Part shown: piece by piece, positions 54,463 to 64,000 of the stretch | How positions within the stretch are numbered: the first letter of the stretch is position 1 | Layout of the letters: the number at the start of each line of letters is the position of its first letter | NCBI GenBank assembly: GCA_963695105.1 | Contig: CAVOGC010000008.1 | Coordinates: 16,030-80,029, forward strand | DNA from: an uncultured Gammaproteobacteria bacterium | Lineage (GTDB): Bacteria; Pseudomonadota; Gammaproteobacteria; Competibacterales; Competibacteraceae | Reading direction: 5' to 3' | Length of the DNA: 64,000 nucleotides | Notes under the pieces: generated by a model | Told to the model about the DNA's origin: nothing | The model's database searches: none | The model's input: the letters and a program-made list of their open reading frames with translations, nothing else | Made by a program: the position numbers and the translations under genes

Positions 54463-57284
54463 CAGCTTTTCTCCAGCACGGCTCGCAGAGCGGCTTCCAC
54501 TCGGTTGAATTGTTGACACAAGGTCTGAATGGGCTCAGTGGCCCGCTCGGACTGGCCGGCGCGGACGGCGGTCTCGATCTCGTGGCAGCGGGCCGCGAAA
54601 TCCAGGGCGCCGATGTTGGTGCTGCTCGCTTTCAGGGTGTGGGCGGCGCGAATCAGCGTTTCCCGGTCCGCCGTGGCGTGGGCGGTCTCGGCGGCTCCCA
54701 CCAGCGTCCGGCCGTTGTCCAGGTACAGCCCGATCACCTTGGCCAGCAGGTCGGGTTCACCCGGCGCTTGCAGGGCGCGGATCGCCGCCAGCGCGGCCGG
54801 GTCGAGCGCGGCCGGGTCGAGCGCGGCCTGGGCGTCCGGCGCGGCCGTGGCCGGCGGAACCTCGGCGGGCGGCGATGGGGACGCGGTCTCGGGCGCGGCG
54901 GTTGCGAGCGCGCCGGGCGCCCAGCGTCGCAGTATCGCCACCAGTTCGGTTTGGTTATACGGTTTGGCGAGGAAGTCGTCCATGCCGCAGGCCAGACAGT
55001 CCTCCCGGTCGCCCTGCAGCGCATTGGCGGTCAGGGCGACGATGGGAAGGCGCCGCGCCGCCGGTTCCCGCGCGCGGAGGCGGCGAGTGGCTTCGTAGCC
55101 GTCCATGACCGGCATCTGACAATCCATCAACACCAGGTCGAAATCGGCGTCCGCCACGGCGTCCAGGGCTTCCCCGCCATCGTTGGCCAACACCACCCGA
55201 CAGCCCAGTTGCTCCAACTGCTCCAGGGTCAGGACCTGGTTCACCGGGTTGTCTTCGACCAGCAGTACGCGGGTACCGGGGAAAACCGCGGTGGGGGTGG
55301 CGTCCGGGTTGGAAGCGCCGGCTTCGACGGACTGGGACAGTCCGGCGGCGACCATCAGGGCTTCGAGCAGCTCGCGCGGTTCCACGGGCTTGTGGAGCAC
55401 CGCCTCAAAACCGGCCTGCTGGAGCTGGCGCGCGCCCTGTCGATCCGGACGGACGCACACGAGGATGACGTGAGCCTGGACCAGGCTGGGGTGATCGCGC
55501 AGAGCGCACGCCTGGGCCAAGCTTTCCGGGCTGGCCATGTCCATGGCGAGCAGCACGAAGCGGTAGGGCGCGCCGGCGGCCGCGACCGCCCGCGCCATGG
55601 ACAGGACCGCACCGCTATCGCGCGTTCGATCGGCCCGCAGGCCCAGCGCGCCCAGTTGTCCGACCAGGACCGCGCCCGCGGTCGGGTTGTCATCGACGAC
55701 CAGGGTGTTCGACTCGCGCAGGGAATCCGGCGCGACGAGCGGGGTGGCCGCCTCCAGTTCGGGCACGCTGGCCGTGAACCAGAAGGTCGAACCGTGTCCC
55801 GGCTGGCTTTCCACCCCCACCTGGCCGCCCATGAGGCGAGCGAGATCCTGACTGACCGCAAGCCCCAGACCGGTGCCGCCGAACCGGCGGGCATGGGAGC
55901 TGTCCGCCTGGGAAAAGGGCTGGAACAACTTGGGCAGCACCTCGGCGGCGATGCCCATCCCGGTGTCGCGCACGCTGAACTTGAGCACGATCCGCCGATC
56001 CTCCCCCTCTGGCGCGGCAACCCGTTCCAACCGCAGAACCACCTCGCCGCGCTGAGTAAACTTGATGGCATTGCTCACCAGGTTGGTGAGGATCTGACGC
56101 AGGCGATTGGGATCGGCGCACACCTGCCGAGGCGTCGCCGGCGTGACCTCGCAGATCAGCTCGATGTCCTTCTCCCGCGCGCGTGGGAGCAGCAAGCCCG
56201 CCACATCGAACAATAGGCTGCTGGGGTCGCACGGAATGGTCTCCAATTCCATGCGACCCGCCTCGATCTTGGAAAAATCCAGGATGTCGTTGATGACGCG
56301 CAACAGGCTGTTGGCGGAACCCCGGATGTGCTCCAGGAAACGGCGCTGGCGCTCGTTCAGGGGCGTGTCGGCGAGCAGTTCCGCCATGCCCATCACCCCG
56401 TTCATGGGCGTGCGAATCTCGTGGCTCATGGTGGCCAGGAAGCGGGATTTCGCCCGGCTGCCTTCTTCGGCGGCTTCCTTGGCCACCAACAGCTCGGCAT
56501 CCCGGGCCTGGATCTGGTTCAGCATGGTGTTGAAGCCGTCGATCAAGGTGCCGATCTCGTCGTTGGCGGTACGGGCGACGCGCAGGGAATAATCCTTGGT
56601 CTCCGACACGGCGCGCATCCGCTCGGCCAGATCGGTGATGGGCGTCGAGATCAGCCGTTGCAGGCGGGCGGCGAGCAGGGTGGCGATGGCGAAGGCCAGC
56701 ACCAGCACGGCCAGGGCGAGCAGGATGCGGTTCTTTACCGTATGCGCCAGGCGGGACAGGTCCAGATAGATTTCAAGGCTACCCACCACCTTGTCGTTGA
56801 CCCGGATGGGCTGGCCTACTTCAAGGTAATGCAGGCCGCTGGTGTACAGAAACGGGCTTGTGAAATCGGCGTCGCGATGCCGCTCTTTCGCCCCATTCGG
56901 AGATGGACCATGATCGTCGTGGCTGTCGTGGCCGCGGATTTCCAGCAGCCGGTCGGCGTGACTGGGGTTCGCGCTTTCGTAGCGGGCGAACACATGCCCA
57001 TCGGGGGTGATCAGGATGGCGGCGATCACCTCCGGCTCGCTGCCCAGGGCCGCGAGGATTTCACCGGCCGCATCGGGGTCGCGAAAGGACAGGGCCGCCG
57101 CGCTGTTGACGCCCACCACCCGGGTCAGGGAGGCGGCGTATTCCTGCTTGGCACGCCAAGTGGCGGACAGCTCGCTGATCAGCAGGGCCAGCAGGGCGAC
57201 CGCCAGTCCGATGCTGGTGGTGATCAGCGCGATGGCGATGATTTTGCGCCGGATGGACAGATTGCGCAGGAAGTTCGAATTCAT
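54462..57284 (-). CDS. hybrid sensor histidine kinase/response regulator (TM-periplasmic sensor-HAMP-HisKA-HATPase-REC-REC-Hpt)
   Basis: 940 aa; HisKA H-box [18 protein letters not shown], HATPase N/G boxes, two receiver domains (LVVDDNP.., [25 protein letters not shown]), C-terminal Hpt. Confidence 0.9.
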   Translation of the reverse strand: MNSNFLRNLSIRRKIIAIALITTSIGLAVALLALLISELSATWRAKQEYAASLTRVVGVNSAAALSFRDPDAAGEILAALGSEPEVIAAILITPDGHVFARYESANPSHADRLLEIRGHDSHDDHGPSPNGAKERHRDADFTSPFLYTSGLHYLEVGQPIRVNDKVVGSLEIYLDLSRLAHTVKNRILLALAVLVLAFAIATLLAARLQRLISTPITDLAERMRAVSETKDYSLRVARTANDEIGTLIDGFNTMLNQIQARDAELLVAKEAAEEGSRAKSRFLATMSHEIRTPMNGVMGMAELLADTPLNERQRRFLEHIRGSANSLLRVINDILDFSKIEAGRMELETIPCDPSSLLFDVAGLLLPRAREKDIELICEVTPATPRQVCADPNRLRQILTNLVSNAIKFTQRGEVVLRLERVAAPEGEDRRIVLKFSVRDTGMGIAAEVLPKLFQPFSQADSSHARRFGGTGLGLAVSQDLARLMGGQVGVESQPGHGSTFWFTASVPELEAATPLVAPDSLRESNTLVVDDNPTAGAVLVGQLGALGLRADRTRDSGAVLSMARAVAAAGAPYRFVLLAMDMASPESLAQACALRDHPSLVQAHVILVCVRPDRQGARQLQQAGFEAVLHKPVEPRELLEALMVAAGLSQSVEAGASNPDATPTAVFPGTRVLLVEDNPVNQVLTLEQLEQLGCRVVLANDGGEALDAVADADFDLVLMDCQMPVMDGYEATRRLRAREPAARRLPIVALTANALQGDREDCLACGMDDFLAKPYNQTELVAILRRWAPGALATAAPETASPSPPAEVPPATAAPDAQAALDPAALDPAALAAIRALQAPGEPDLLAKVIGLYLDNGRTLVGAAETAHATADRETLIRAAHTLKASSTNIGALDFAARCHEIETAVRAGQSERATEPIQTLCQQFNRVEAALRAVLEKS

Positions 57285-57904
57285 GGCGCCTCGCCGCCCT
57301 TGCCGTCATGGATCCGGGTAGCCAGATTCAGCAGCTTGGAGCTGATCCGCAGTTGCGCTCGCGCCGCCGCGTCCAGATTGATGAGGGGATGCACCCGGCC
57401 TTGCTTGCGGATCAGGGCGATGGCGCCGCCCTCGACCGCGAAATTTTCCAGATCGCTGACGGTGAGCACGCCCACCGCCGCCGCCCGGCTCACCAGCGCC
57501 TGGTTGGCGGCCGAGGCCAGGTCAGCCCGGTCCAGGTAGAGCACATGGCATTCCGCCAGGTTGCCGGGATTCACTTGGCGGACCACCGTCAGCGGACGGC
57601 CGTCCAGGGTCTCGCCCCGAATCACCTTGTCGAGCACCGTGGCCAGCTCGTCGTCCAACACGCAATAGCGAAACGGCTGGGACGACCGGCGCGCGGGGGT
57701 GTCCGGCCAGCGCACGAAGTGGGCGAAGTTGTAGACGAACACGGCCTTGACCTCGATTTCGGCAAAGCGATCCGACGCCAGGCCGGCGGCGCCCACCGGA
57801 CCCGGCGCAAATAAGACCAGCGCCAGCACCCACGGCGATACCCACGAACGCCACGGGGCAAGGCGTCCTGGCGGCGGGGCGCGTTTCTGGATTTCGGCTT
57901 GCAT
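57281..57904 (-). CDS. YfiR-like periplasmic protein (DUF4154)
   Basis: 207 aa from ATG 57904 with signal peptide; [16 protein letters not shown] motif typical of DUF4154; stop overlaps HK start (ATGA). Track ORF 57281..59017 is over-extended. Confidence 0.65.
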   Translation of the reverse strand: MQAEIQKRAPPPGRLAPWRSWVSPWVLALVLFAPGPVGAAGLASDRFAEIEVKAVFVYNFAHFVRWPDTPARRSSQPFRYCVLDDELATVLDKVIRGETLDGRPLTVVRQVNPGNLAECHVLYLDRADLASAANQALVSRAAAVGVLTVSDLENFAVEGGAIALIRKQGRVHPLINLDAAARAQLRISSKLLNLATRIHDGKGGEAP

Positions 57905-57924
57905 GGATGGGTTTCGCCGTCGGG

Positions 57925-59925
57925 TCAAAAGCGCCAGTTCACCATCAAATAAAATTCCCGGGAGATGAGATAGGCATCGCTGGCGGCGATCGCGGGGGTC
58001 CCGTATTCCAAGTGGCTGGGTCCCAGCAGATTGCGGCCAACCAGCGCCAGCTCCAGATCCTGGTCGGCCCGCCAGCCCAGGCGCGCGTCGGCGGTGAAGT
58101 AGGCTTTGACGGCGTAGGCGGGCAGCTCGCCGACATAGCGCGCTTGCACGTCCAGTGCCAGATCGCGACCGAGGTCCAGATTCGAGATGAGGCTGAATTG
58201 GTGACGTGGGGATTCGCCCTCGGCCCGCTTCGGGGACAGTTCGGTATTGTCCGGCTTCGGGTCGAGGTCGATGCTCAAATAGGAATAGGCCGCCCGCAGA
58301 CGCCACGCATCCCACGGGCGGTAGTCGGCGGCCAGCTCGAAGCCGTGGGTCCAGCCTTGCAGGTTGTTGCCCACCTTGCTCGGCCAAAGCAGGTAGGGGG
58401 ACGGCAGGGGCACGAGCGTCGGCGAACCGATCATGTCGATGGAAACCAGCCGGTCGTAGTCGCTCAGGAAAGCGGTGACGTCCAGACCCAGTTGGGGCGT
58501 CACTGGCAAGCGGTAACCAAGCTCGTAGCTGGTGAGGAGCTCGGCATCCAAATTGGCGTTGCCTCTGGACAGAATCACCAGCGGCAGATCCGAAGTCGCC
58601 GGGCTGGGCGGGATCAGCGAAATCAAAGTCCCGCTGTCCTCGATCAGGGAGGGCGTGCGCACGGCGCGGGAGATCGCGGCCCACAGGGTGCCGCGACCCG
58701 GCGGCGACCAGCGCAACCGGGCCGATGGCTGCCATTCCAGGCCGGTGAAATCGTTGTGTTCCGCTTTCACGCCCAAGGTCAGATAGAGCTGGTCCGGCAT
58801 CAGGGTGATGTCGTCCTGAACGAAGGCGCTGAACAACTAGTCGGTCCGGCGCGGATCGGCGATGGCGGTGGGGGCGATTGCATCGACATCCAGCCTGACT
58901 GCTCGATAACTCAGTCCGGCGACCAGATTGTGCGCCCCCATAGTGGGAAACTGGTGGCAATAAGCCAGATCCAGCGTATCCACGACCGCCTCGGCGGCGT
59001 TGCCGACAACCTGCCATTTGTCCAGGCTGAAACGGTGGATGTAGCTCTGAAACACATCCTTGGCGCCGTCCGCCGAAACCGTTTCCCAGTAGCCCAGCAG
59101 ATGACCGCCGCTGTACTGGCGTTCGCTACCCACGCGCTCGCGATAAAGCTCGCCCTGGACCATCAGGGCGGCGTCGCCCAAATCCCAATCGCCGCGAAAA
59201 CCGCTGCGCCCGCCGCTCCAGTCCAAATCGGGGGCTTGACTCGGAAAGGCTTGTTCCAGGCCATCCTGCTGGTGGACCTTGGCATAGAGGCGAGCATGAC
59301 CGCTCTCCCCGAGCTTGAAGCCGGTGCGCGCCACCAGTTCGGACTGCTGGTCGCCCCCCACCGCGCTCACCAGCGTGCCTTGGGTATCCTCGGCGGGCTT
59401 GGTAATGATGTTGATGACGCCGTTGACCGCGTTCGCGCCCCAGGTGGCGCCACCGGGACCGCGCACCACTTCGATGCGCTCCACATCCCGCAGGACGATA
59501 TTCTGCTCGTCCCAGATCACGCCGGAGAACAGGGGCGTGTAGAGGCTGCGGCCGTCCACCATCACCAGGAGTTTGTTGGCGAACTGGTTGTTGAAGCCGC
59601 GCGAGCTCACCGCCCATTCCGAGGCGCTGAGGCGCGCCACGTCGAGACCCGGCACCGTGCACAGCAGCTCTGGCAGGGTGGTGGCGCCGGAACGGCGGAT
59701 ATCCTCGGCGGTGATCACATACACCGCCGCCGCCGTGTCTTCCAGACGTTCCAGGCGGTTCGAGGCAATGGAGACGCGCAAATCGGCCAGTTCGTCCAGA
59801 CTCATCTGTTTGAGGGCGCTCAAACTGTCCGCGCCGGCGTTGGCGCTGGCCAAGACAAGGGCGAACCGCAGGGCCAGCGCCGGTCCGCCACCGGAGCGCG
59901 GGATCGAGCGGTCGTTTCTGTTCAT
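57925..59925 (-). pseudogene. TonB-dependent receptor interrupted by a single in-frame TAG (58837-58839)
   Basis: ORF 58837..59925 = signal peptide + plug domain; ORF 57925..58836 = rest of beta-barrel ending in aromatic F; both in the same frame, separated only by TAG within ACTAGT (..ADPRRTD * LFSAFVQDD..); combined length 666 aa. Confidence 0.75.
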
Positions 59926-60036
59926 GAGGTTTTTTTCGGGGAATTATCAATTGTCATTGGTGATCCGTGGTCGAGACAGGCGATCACCGTTTCGCCAAGT
60001 GGCGCTTGCCCGTGATCCATCGGCGCCTTCCTCCAA

Positions 60037-60313
60037 CACCGCTCGCCGCGCGACCTCAACCCGATCGAGTTTAGCGCGCACGCTTTCGATGGGCTCGGCG
60101 GCCCGCTCGGGCTGGCCGGACGCGGGCGGCCAGCGGATTGAGCTTACAACTGTCGCGTAAATGTTGGAAGCCCTGGCGGATGGCGTCGGGGATCAGCGCG
60201 GAAATCCATCGCCGGCTGAACGGCTTGCGGCAACCGGCGGCTTGGTGGAACCAGCGGAAGATCGACTCGCCCTCGCGGACGGAAGGCTTTTCGGCAACGA
60301 CCGCAATGCTCAC
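60037..60313 (-). pseudogene. scrambled gene remnants: Hpt/HK C-terminus-like fragment (60037-60125) joined to internally deleted topB N-terminal fragment (60126-60313)
   Basis: 60278-60313 encodes MSIAVVAEKPSV (= TopB N-terminus at 54125-54160); 60126-60270 about 85% identical to 53690-53830 of topB; 60037-60125 encodes ..GQPERAAEPIESVRAKLDRVEVARRAVLE, paralogous to HK C-terminus ..[29 protein letters not shown]. Confidence 0.6.
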
Positions 60314-60322
60314 GGCCCGCGC

Positions 60323-60700
60323 TCAGTCCGCCAGCGCCGGTTTCCAGGTCCACTGTTCGCCCGGCTCCGCACCGGTCGCGGCCCGCCAGCTCGACTCCAA
60401 ATCTTCTTCGACCCGCTCCACCACCGCGCCGTCCAACCGCTTCTGCCGGACAAAAGCCCGCAACATCTCCAGAATCCGGGCCGGGGACAGCGGCTGCCGG
60501 TAAGGCCGCTGTTGCGCCAGTGCCTGAAACACGTCGGCCACGGCGATGATCCGTATTTCCAGGGTCAGCTCCGCGCCGCCGCGATGGAACGGATAGCCCT
60601 GGCCATCGAGCGTCTCGTGATGGTAGGCGACCCAGACCGCGATGTCCTCCAGACCGTCGATGCCGCGCAGGATCTGGGATGTGATAAGGCGCCTGATTGC
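60323..60700 (-). pseudogene. C-terminal fragment of an HD-GYP phosphodiesterase (no HD motif/N-terminal half)
   Basis: ..VAYHHETLDGQGYPFHRGGAELTLEIRIIAVADVFQALAQQRPYRQ.. = HD-GYP C-terminal signature; upstream part of track ORF 60323..61309 is frame-overlap with mtnA. Confidence 0.5.
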
Positions 60701-60729
60701 GGCATGACCGTTATCATCCAAACACCGGT

Positions 60730-61845
60730 TCAAGCGGTCTCCACCATCATTTGCGCCATCTTCGCGGTATCCGGCGCTCGCACCACCCCGCGCTCGGTCA
60801 CCAGCGCATCCACCAGTTCCGCCGGCGTCACATCGAACGATGGATTCCAGGCTTCGGCCCCGGCGGCGGCGACCGGCTGGCCACCCAAGGTCAGCAACTC
60901 CTCGGCGGCGCGCTGTTCGATCGGAATATCGGCGCCGCTGACAAGGCTCATATCCACCGTCGAGGCCGGCGCCACCACCATGAACCGCACCCCGTGATAC
61001 CGCGCGGCCACCGCCAGATGATAGGTGCCGATCTTGTTGGCGACATCGCCGTTGGCGGCGATCCGGTCCGCCCCGACGATGGCCCAGCGCACCCTGCCCT
61101 CCCGCATCAGCGCCGCCGCCGCTCCATCCGCCAGCAGCGTCACCGGAATGCCGTCCCGCACCAGTTCCCAGGCGGTCAGCCGCGCCCCCTGCAACCACGG
61201 CCGGGTTTCGTCGGCGTAGACTCGCTCGACCAAACCCGCCGCGTAGCCCTCGCGGATCACGCCCAGCGCCGTGCCGTAGCCGCCGGTGGCCAGCGAGCCG
61301 GTATTGCAATGGGTCAGCACCGCCCCGCGCTCGCCCAGCAACGCCGCGCCCAACTGCCCCATGCGCCGGTTGGCGGCGATATCCTCTTCATGGATCGCCC
61401 GCGCCTCGGCCAGCAGCTCCGCCGCCGGATCGCCACCCACTCGGGCGATCGCGCGCTCCATCCGCCGCAGTGCCCAAAACAGGTTGACGGCGGTCGGCCG
61501 GGCCGCCGCCAGCGCGGCGAGATCGCTCCCGACCGTTCTCCGCCACCGTTCAGGATCTTCGGCATATCGAGCGCGGGCGGCCAACACCGTACCGTAGGCG
61601 GCGGCGATGCCGATCGCCGGCGCGCCGCGCACCACCATATCGTGGATCGCCTGAGCCACCTCCGTCGCGCCCGTCAGCCGCTGGTAGCGCTCCACGGCCG
61701 GCAGCAGGCGCTGGTCCAGCAGGTCCAGGGCGTCCTCGCGCCAGACAACGGCGCGCACGGCATCATGGGCATACGGCACGGCGGGTTTCGATCCAAGATG
61801 ACTGAGATAAGACCTGCAAAGGCAAGGAGTGCTCAAGCCACGCAC
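60730..61845 (-). CDS. mtnA: S-methyl-5-thioribose-1-phosphate isomerase
   Basis: eIF2B-related MtnA fold ([17 protein letters not shown].., [20 protein letters not shown]); start uncertain (ATG 61845 or GTG 61758). Confidence 0.8.
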   Translation of the reverse strand: MRGLSTPCLCRSYLSHLGSKPAVPYAHDAVRAVVWREDALDLLDQRLLPAVERYQRLTGATEVAQAIHDMVVRGAPAIGIAAAYGTVLAARARYAEDPERWRRTVGSDLAALAAARPTAVNLFWALRRMERAIARVGGDPAAELLAEARAIHEEDIAANRRMGQLGAALLGERGAVLTHCNTGSLATGGYGTALGVIREGYAAGLVERVYADETRPWLQGARLTAWELVRDGIPVTLLADGAAAALMREGRVRWAIVGADRIAANGDVANKIGTYHLAVAARYHGVRFMVVAPASTVDMSLVSGADIPIEQRAAEELLTLGGQPVAAAGAEAWNPSFDVTPAELVDALVTERGVVRAPDTAKMAQMMVETA

Positions 61846-62147
61846 AGGGGCCGTTGTTATTTTACGACAAGCCCGATTTTTCCCGGCTCATCGCAAAAAT
61901 CTCTTGCCTAGATGCCAAGATGGCGCGCAAAATTAGGGCATTTATTGTTGGCACAACATTTTTTGCAATTCTGACACAACGTTGTATCATTACACACCAT
62001 GGCCGGCCGGTTTGCCGCGCGCAGCGGTTGCCGCTCGGGTATACTGGTCAGCGGAAGATTGCGGTTCGAATGAATTCGGTCCCCGCGACCTGAAGGCCAA
62101 ACGTACCGTGCACAGAATTTTTCATGCCTGCTTGGGAGAGTATATCG

Positions 62148-62768
62148 ATGAAAGTGAAACTGCATAAGCTTAGCTTGGGCTTGGCTGCCTCGATGGTGTT
62201 ATTCGCCGCGCTGCCCGCACACGCCCAAATCAACAAATACGGCTGCATCTATGCCGTCGACCCTTACGGCAAGATCGTCAAGGACCCCTACGGCAACTGC
62301 ATCCGCACCCCGTACTGGACCGCCGAAAAGAACGTTCCGGAATGTGGCGCCGTGGCGGTGGTCGAGCCGGCCGCCCCGGTCGTCGAAACTCTTACCCTGG
62401 GCGCCGATGCCTACTTCGATTTCGACCGTGCCAACCTGAAGCCCGCTGGCCGCGCCAAGCTGGATAAGCTGGTCACCGACCTGCGCCGGGTCTCCTCGGT
62501 CTCCTCGATTGAAATCGTCGGCCACACCGACAGCAAGGGCACCGAAGCCTACAACTTCCGGCTGGGCCAGCGCCGCGCCGACTCCGTGGCCAGCTACCTG
62601 ACCGCCCAGGGCGTACCCGGTTCCATCATCTCGACCCGCAGCCGCGGCGAACTCGACCCGGTCGCCCCCAACACCCTGCCGAACGGCCGGGACAATCCGG
62701 CCGGCCGCGCGCTGAACCGCCGAGTGGTGATCACCGTGACCGCCATGGAGAAGGTGATCAGCCAGTAA
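62148..62768 (+). CDS. OmpA-family peptidoglycan-binding protein
   Basis: Signal peptide MKVKLHKLSLGLAASMVLFAALPAHA; C-terminal OmpA domain (NLKPAGRAKLDKLV.., VGHTDSKGTEAYNFRLGQRRADSV..NRRVVI). Confidence 0.8.
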   Translation: MKVKLHKLSLGLAASMVLFAALPAHAQINKYGCIYAVDPYGKIVKDPYGNCIRTPYWTAEKNVPECGAVAVVEPAAPVVETLTLGADAYFDFDRANLKPAGRAKLDKLVTDLRRVSSVSSIEIVGHTDSKGTEAYNFRLGQRRADSVASYLTAQGVPGSIISTRSRGELDPVAPNTLPNGRDNPAGRALNRRVVITVTAMEKVISQ

Positions 62769-62793
62769 GCCGCCCGCGTTTTCCGGCTTCCAG

Positions 62794-62821
62794 CGCCCCG
62801 GTTCACCGGGGCGTTTTTTTT
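62794..62821 (+). terminator. rho-independent terminator after OmpA-family gene
   Basis: cgccccggt-tca-accggggcg followed by T8. Confidence 0.7.
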
Positions 62822-62873
62822 GCGCCGCCCCGGTGAACCGCTATAATCCGCCGCCATCGCCCGGAGACCCCCC

Positions 62874-64000
62874 ATGCCGCAAACCATCGCCGCCCTGCTC
62901 AACGCGCGCTGGATCGTTCCGGTCGAACCGGAAGGCCGGGTTCTCGAACATCACGCCCTCGCCGTTCAGGACGGCCGCATTCTCGCCATCCTGCCACGGG
63001 ACGAAGCAATGGCCCGCTTCACCGCCGAGACCTGTCTGGACTTCGACCGGCACGTTCTTATCCCCGGCCTGGTCAACGCCCACACCCACGCCAGCATGAC
63101 CCTGCTGCGCGGGCTGGCCGACGACCTGCCGCTGATGACCTGGCTGCAAGATCACATCTGGCCCGCCGAAACCCGCTGGGTCGATCCCGAATTCGTCCGC
63201 GCCGGAACCCGGCTGGCCATCGCCGAAATGCTGCGCGGCGGCACCACCTGCTTCAACGACATGTACTTTTTCCCGGAAGCGACCGCCGCCGTCGCCCGCG
63301 AATGCGGCATCCGCGCCTGCGTCGGGCTGATCGCCCTGGACTTCCCCACGGCCTACGCCCGCAATCTGGACGAGTACCTGGATAAAGGGCTGGCCCTGCA
63401 CGAGGCGCTGCAAGGCGATGCGCGGGTCCGCGTCGCGTTCGCGCCGCACGCCCCCTATACCGTCTCGGCCTCGGCGTTGGAGCGCATCGGCCAGATGGCG
63501 GCCGAGCTGGACATCCCGATCCACATCCACGTCCATGAAACCGCCGCCGAGGTCGCCCGGTTCCAGGCCGAACACGGCTGCCGACCGCTGGAGCGGCTGG
63601 AGCGGCTCGGCCTGCTGTCGCCGCGACTGCTGGCCGTGCACATGACCCAGCTCGAACCGGCCGAAATCGAGCGACTGGCGGAGACCGGCGCCCATGTCGT
63701 CCACTGTCCGGAATCCAACCTCAAACTGGCCAGCGGTTTTTGTCCGGTCGCCCGACTCGACGCCGCCGGCGCCCATGTCGCGCTCGGCACCGACGGCGCG
63801 GCCAGCAACAACGATCTCGATCTGTTCGGCGAACTGCGCACCGCCGCTCTGCTGGGCAAGGGCGTGGCCGGCGACGCCGCCGCGCTGCCAGCCGCGCGGG
63901 TGCTGCGCATGGCCACCCTCCACGGCGCCCGGGCGCTGGGGCTGGAGCGGGAAACCGGCTCGCTCGAACCGGGCAAGGCCGCCGACATCGTCGCCGTCGA
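62874..64000 (+). CDS. mtaD: 5-methylthioadenosine/S-adenosylhomocysteine deaminase (amidohydrolase, TRZ/ATZ family), partial at window end
   Basis: [45 protein letters not shown]..; no stop before window end so absent from ORF track; divergent from mtnA; TATAAT at 62843. Confidence 0.75.
   Translation, partial: MPQTIAALLNARWIVPVEPEGRVLEHHALAVQDGRILAILPRDEAMARFTAETCLDFDRHVLIPGLVNAHTHASMTLLRGLADDLPLMTWLQDHIWPAETRWVDPEFVRAGTRLAIAEMLRGGTTCFNDMYFFPEATAAVARECGIRACVGLIALDFPTAYARNLDEYLDKGLALHEALQGDARVRVAFAPHAPYTVSASALERIGQMAAELDIPIHIHVHETAAEVARFQAEHGCRPLERLERLGLLSPRLLAVHMTQLEPAEIERLAETGAHVVHCPESNLKLASGFCPVARLDAAGAHVALGTDGAASNNDLDLFGELRTAALLGKGVAGDAAALPAARVLRMATLHGARALGLERETGSLEPGKAADIVAV

Noticed and set aside
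57907-60015. 702-aa plus-strand ORF
   Set aside because: Antisense to the TonB-dependent receptor halves.
60323-61309. 328-aa ORF as a single gene
   Set aside because: Only the last about 125 codons carry HD-GYP similarity; the rest overlaps mtnA in another frame and is Gly/Arg-rich artefact.
62040-62075. GGTTCGAAT motif suggesting a tRNA T-loop
   Set aside because: Surrounding sequence does not fold into a cloverleaf (no acceptor stem complement, no anticodon arm); no tRNA called anywhere in the window.

Overview
High-GC (about 65%) gammaproteobacterial chromosomal segment, family identity inferred from motifs only.

**Core backbone, 1-16.7 kb.** The 5' end carries the conserved cluster lpxB(partial)-lpxA-fabZ-lpxD-skp-bamA-rseP-dxr-cdsA-uppS-frr-pyrH-tsf-rpsB on the minus strand, followed by divergent map-glnD. 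This is the E. coli-like order, with several ATGA/GTGA start-stop overlaps.

**Variable region, 16.7-35 kb.** It holds:
- a small secreted tandem-repeat Cys/His protein;
- a Pct-like CoA-transferase with a C-terminal extension;
- a PhoD-like phosphatase;
- an AT-rich islet (VOC protein, CxxC redox protein, HxlR-like regulator without a canonical start, one hypothetical);
- pyrC, a phasin, a Kef-type antiporter and a P2-type ATPase, the latter preceded by a truncated duplicate of its own 5' end;
- two copies of a roughly 160-bp repeat;
- an orphan MraZ-like gene, a flotillin, and a DUF779/aldehyde-dehydrogenase pair.

**Mixed housekeeping and insertions, 35-50 kb.**
- Housekeeping genes: oxoprolinase/hydantoinase, an HDAC-family gene, glyA, and the nrdR-ribD-ribE-ribBA-ribH-nusB operon.
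- The rib operon is interrupted by an AT-rich HicB-HicA module.
- These are followed by an MBL-fold hydrolase, a TPR protein, two alpha/beta hydrolases, a transporter gene fragment, and hemolysin III.
- As sequenced, the hemolysin III ORF reads through antisense over a neighbour.

**Most unusual locus, 50.2-60.7 kb.**
- A single 1271-codon minus-strand ORF fuses a complete topoisomerase III (TopB) to a complete RecQ helicase.
- It is translationally coupled downstream of a DUF4154(YfiR-like)-hybrid histidine kinase-degenerate receiver operon.
- Upstream sits a TonB-dependent receptor broken by one in-frame TAG.
- Other features here are a (CGAACCC)x13 microsatellite, a family of REP-like palindromes with two in-frame insertions inside the fusion gene, and a field of scrambled gene remnants.

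The window ends with mtnA, an OmpA-family gene and a partial mtaD.

No rRNA, tRNA or CRISPR array was recognised. Many long ORFs in the track are antisense GC artefacts and were rejected.
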